Positions 62,031 through 64,000 of a stretch of 64,000 bases of DNA are shown here, piece after piece. Position 1 is the first letter of the stretch; the number at the start of each line of letters is the position of its first letter. The stretch is from Eledone cirrhosa (lineage: Eukaryota): NCBI GenBank assembly GCA_964016885.1, contig OZ024742.1, forward strand, positions 358,918,001-358,982,000, given 5' to 3'. The notes under the pieces were generated by a model. It worked only from the letters and a program-made list of their open reading frames with translations, had not been told where the DNA came from and did no database searches. The position numbers were made by a program, and so were the translations under genes.

Positions 62031-62634
62031 TCCTCTAGATCCTTTTCTCACTCCCTTTCCCACTCTCTATCCGTTTCTGGAATTATTCTGCTGTATTCAG
62101 TCATGGTGAGGGGATGGGCTTTGTCGAGCTTAACTCTATATGTCTATGTGGAGCCCCTACGATATCTCCAGAAGATACGTATTTATACTATACTACTGCT
62201 GTATTATATACGATCAATTGAAATGTTTTCAACTTCAAGCTATGTTGGCTATTAATTTTCTGTTAATATTTTCATAAATACATTTGTAAACTACTATTTA
62301 AACAGACTGCCACCAGATGTAAGTTGAATGTTTAGTAAATCTAAACCTTATGACTTCCACCATTGATTATTTCTACTCTGCCCATGAATATAAAGATGTG
62401 ATGTGTCTAGCGTAAGGAGCAAACGACTAGGAAGATATTATAGCAACAGATATAAGATTACACATTTATTTAAAAGTGTAATCCTCTGTCAAATGCCAAT
62501 AAACATTATACCTGAATATTTAATATAATATCAAAATATTCATTGCAGAGGCTGGGTTTTCTATTCAGTGAGAATTATTTGTCTATTACTTGAATTGTGG
62601 CTATTTTGTTTCCACAAATTACAACATAACAGTG

Positions 62635-62960
62635 GAAACTTCTGGTGTCCTTGGCCCTTATACCACCTCCCTATAAATCCTACTATAAATATTATTGCAG
62701 TAGAGCCCGAAGCAGTGGAGTCTTCTGGTAGCGTTGGCCCTAGGACCACCTTTCTACTCACCACCATCGGCACGGAGTTGGCTACCCGCAGGTATGTGCC
62801 TCACCAGCTAAAATAACTCTTCCAACACATTCCCTTCACCATCCCCTGGGGGAAACACTGACTCTATTCTATACGCCGGGGCTGCTGGTCAGCTAGCGCG
62901 TGGGCCCCCATTTGATCATAATACTGAGAGATGGGACGAGCGCGAGAGACGTGGGCAGTG
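62635..62960 (+). mobile_element. CRE-like 3'-end fragment
   Basis: AVESSGSVGPRTTFLLTTIGTELATRR..P, homologous to 63281-63568. Confidence 0.65.
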
Positions 62961-63329
62961 ACTATACGAGCAATGCTGAAGTATTTTGCAGAGTTAAAAG
63001 TTAAGTGATTTCATTACATATGTAATCGATTAACCTTTAATCTACGAAATTAATCCAGTATGACTGTCTCTTAGAACATCTTAGTTATGGCAACTATTTG
63101 TGCTTCATTTACCGTGACTAATTATACATCCTAAAACTATTAGTCTCACCACTGGTGCTGGTCGAGCTGGCGCGTTAGCCTGTCTGACGTGGGGGGTCAG
63201 GGTCAGCATATAAGATTTGGCATTGAGTTAACAGAAGCCTTAGAGCATGTGACAGAATGCCTGGCGGTATTTATTCCATGCTATAGGATATAATGTGGCA
63301 ACGGCAAATGAATGCTACACGAATCAGTC

Positions 63330-64000
63330 AGTCGAATTCCCACCGACATCACCTCCATCTCTCTGGCACTCCACATCTCTCCGTATGGTGAGCAAATGGG
63401 GTCCCACGTGCTGGCCTCCACACAGCCCCGGAGGACAGAATGGAGAAGGCGTTGGAAGAGCCATTCCAACTCGCGAGGCTCACATCTGTAGCTGGCCTGC
63501 TCGGCGCCTATGGTGGTGAATAGGGAGGTAGCCCTAGGGCCGAGGACACTAGAAGTCTCCACTGCCAAGGGTACGACCGCAAACCTGTCGGAGAGCGACC
63601 GGCATTTTGAGAGTTTGGCATCCTCAGCCCAACGCGCAGCAGAGCCTGGGTTCTGGAGGGCATCTCAAATATTCTGGGGGGAGTTGACGTCAGCCCAAGT
63701 AGACGTCCCTCCTTCTTTCTCCCCCTGCTAAGTCCCAGCCGTTTCCACGTCCCACGGGTGGCCTCACGTTCCTCGATCACAAAGTGTTCCATTGTGTTTA
63801 GGAGAACCCTGTTGAGGAGGACGCGGCATGAGGTTACCGAAGAAAGAAACGCCGGCAAAGCAAGCGAGATCGGGGACCGGAGGCCAAGGCCACCATATCT
63901 AACAGGTAAGGTAGTCTGTTGCCATCCAATGTCGTCAAACCTGACATTGCATATCTCCTCAGCTGCCGCTCGGATACAAGTGTCGAGGTCAGCGAGGAGA
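63330..64000 (-). mobile_element. CRE-clade non-LTR retrotransposon remnant (RT thumb and restriction-like endonuclease C-terminus), running off the window edge
   Basis: WQQTTLPVRYGGLGLRSPISLALPAFLSS, then PGSAARWAEDAKLSK...VPLAVETSSVLGP...EPRELEWLFQRL. Confidence 0.8.

Overview
A eukaryotic, AT-rich, microsatellite-dense window with no recognisable host gene. The SINE-like repeats and the abundant (TA)n/(GATA)n tracts resemble cephalopod (octopus-like) DNA, which is an inference. Contents: (1) a near-complete Penelope-like element (PLE; RT plus GIY-YIG, pLTRs, one in-frame TGA) at 783-4367; (2) many truncated PLE remnants and pLTR-only inverted or permuted repeats lying in (TA)n, carrying about a dozen recognisable type I hammerhead ribozymes; (3) a Tx1/L1-clade non-LTR family, with one full-length copy, one 5'-truncated copy and two fragments, all bounded by (GATA)n; (4) RTE, RTE-X-like, CRE-like and mariner fragments and tRNA-derived SINEs; (5) a 5.9-kb 39-bp tandem array with a 57/58-monomer higher-order duplication, and a 32-bp minisatellite. 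The most notable observations are the apparent (GATA)n target specificity of the Tx1 family (both arms of an inverted duplication hit independently), a conserved candidate 5'-UTR intron with hairpins in that family, and a ~523-nt non-coding ribozyme-bearing unit in tandem and circularly permuted copies (retrozyme-like). All alignments and foldings were done by eye.
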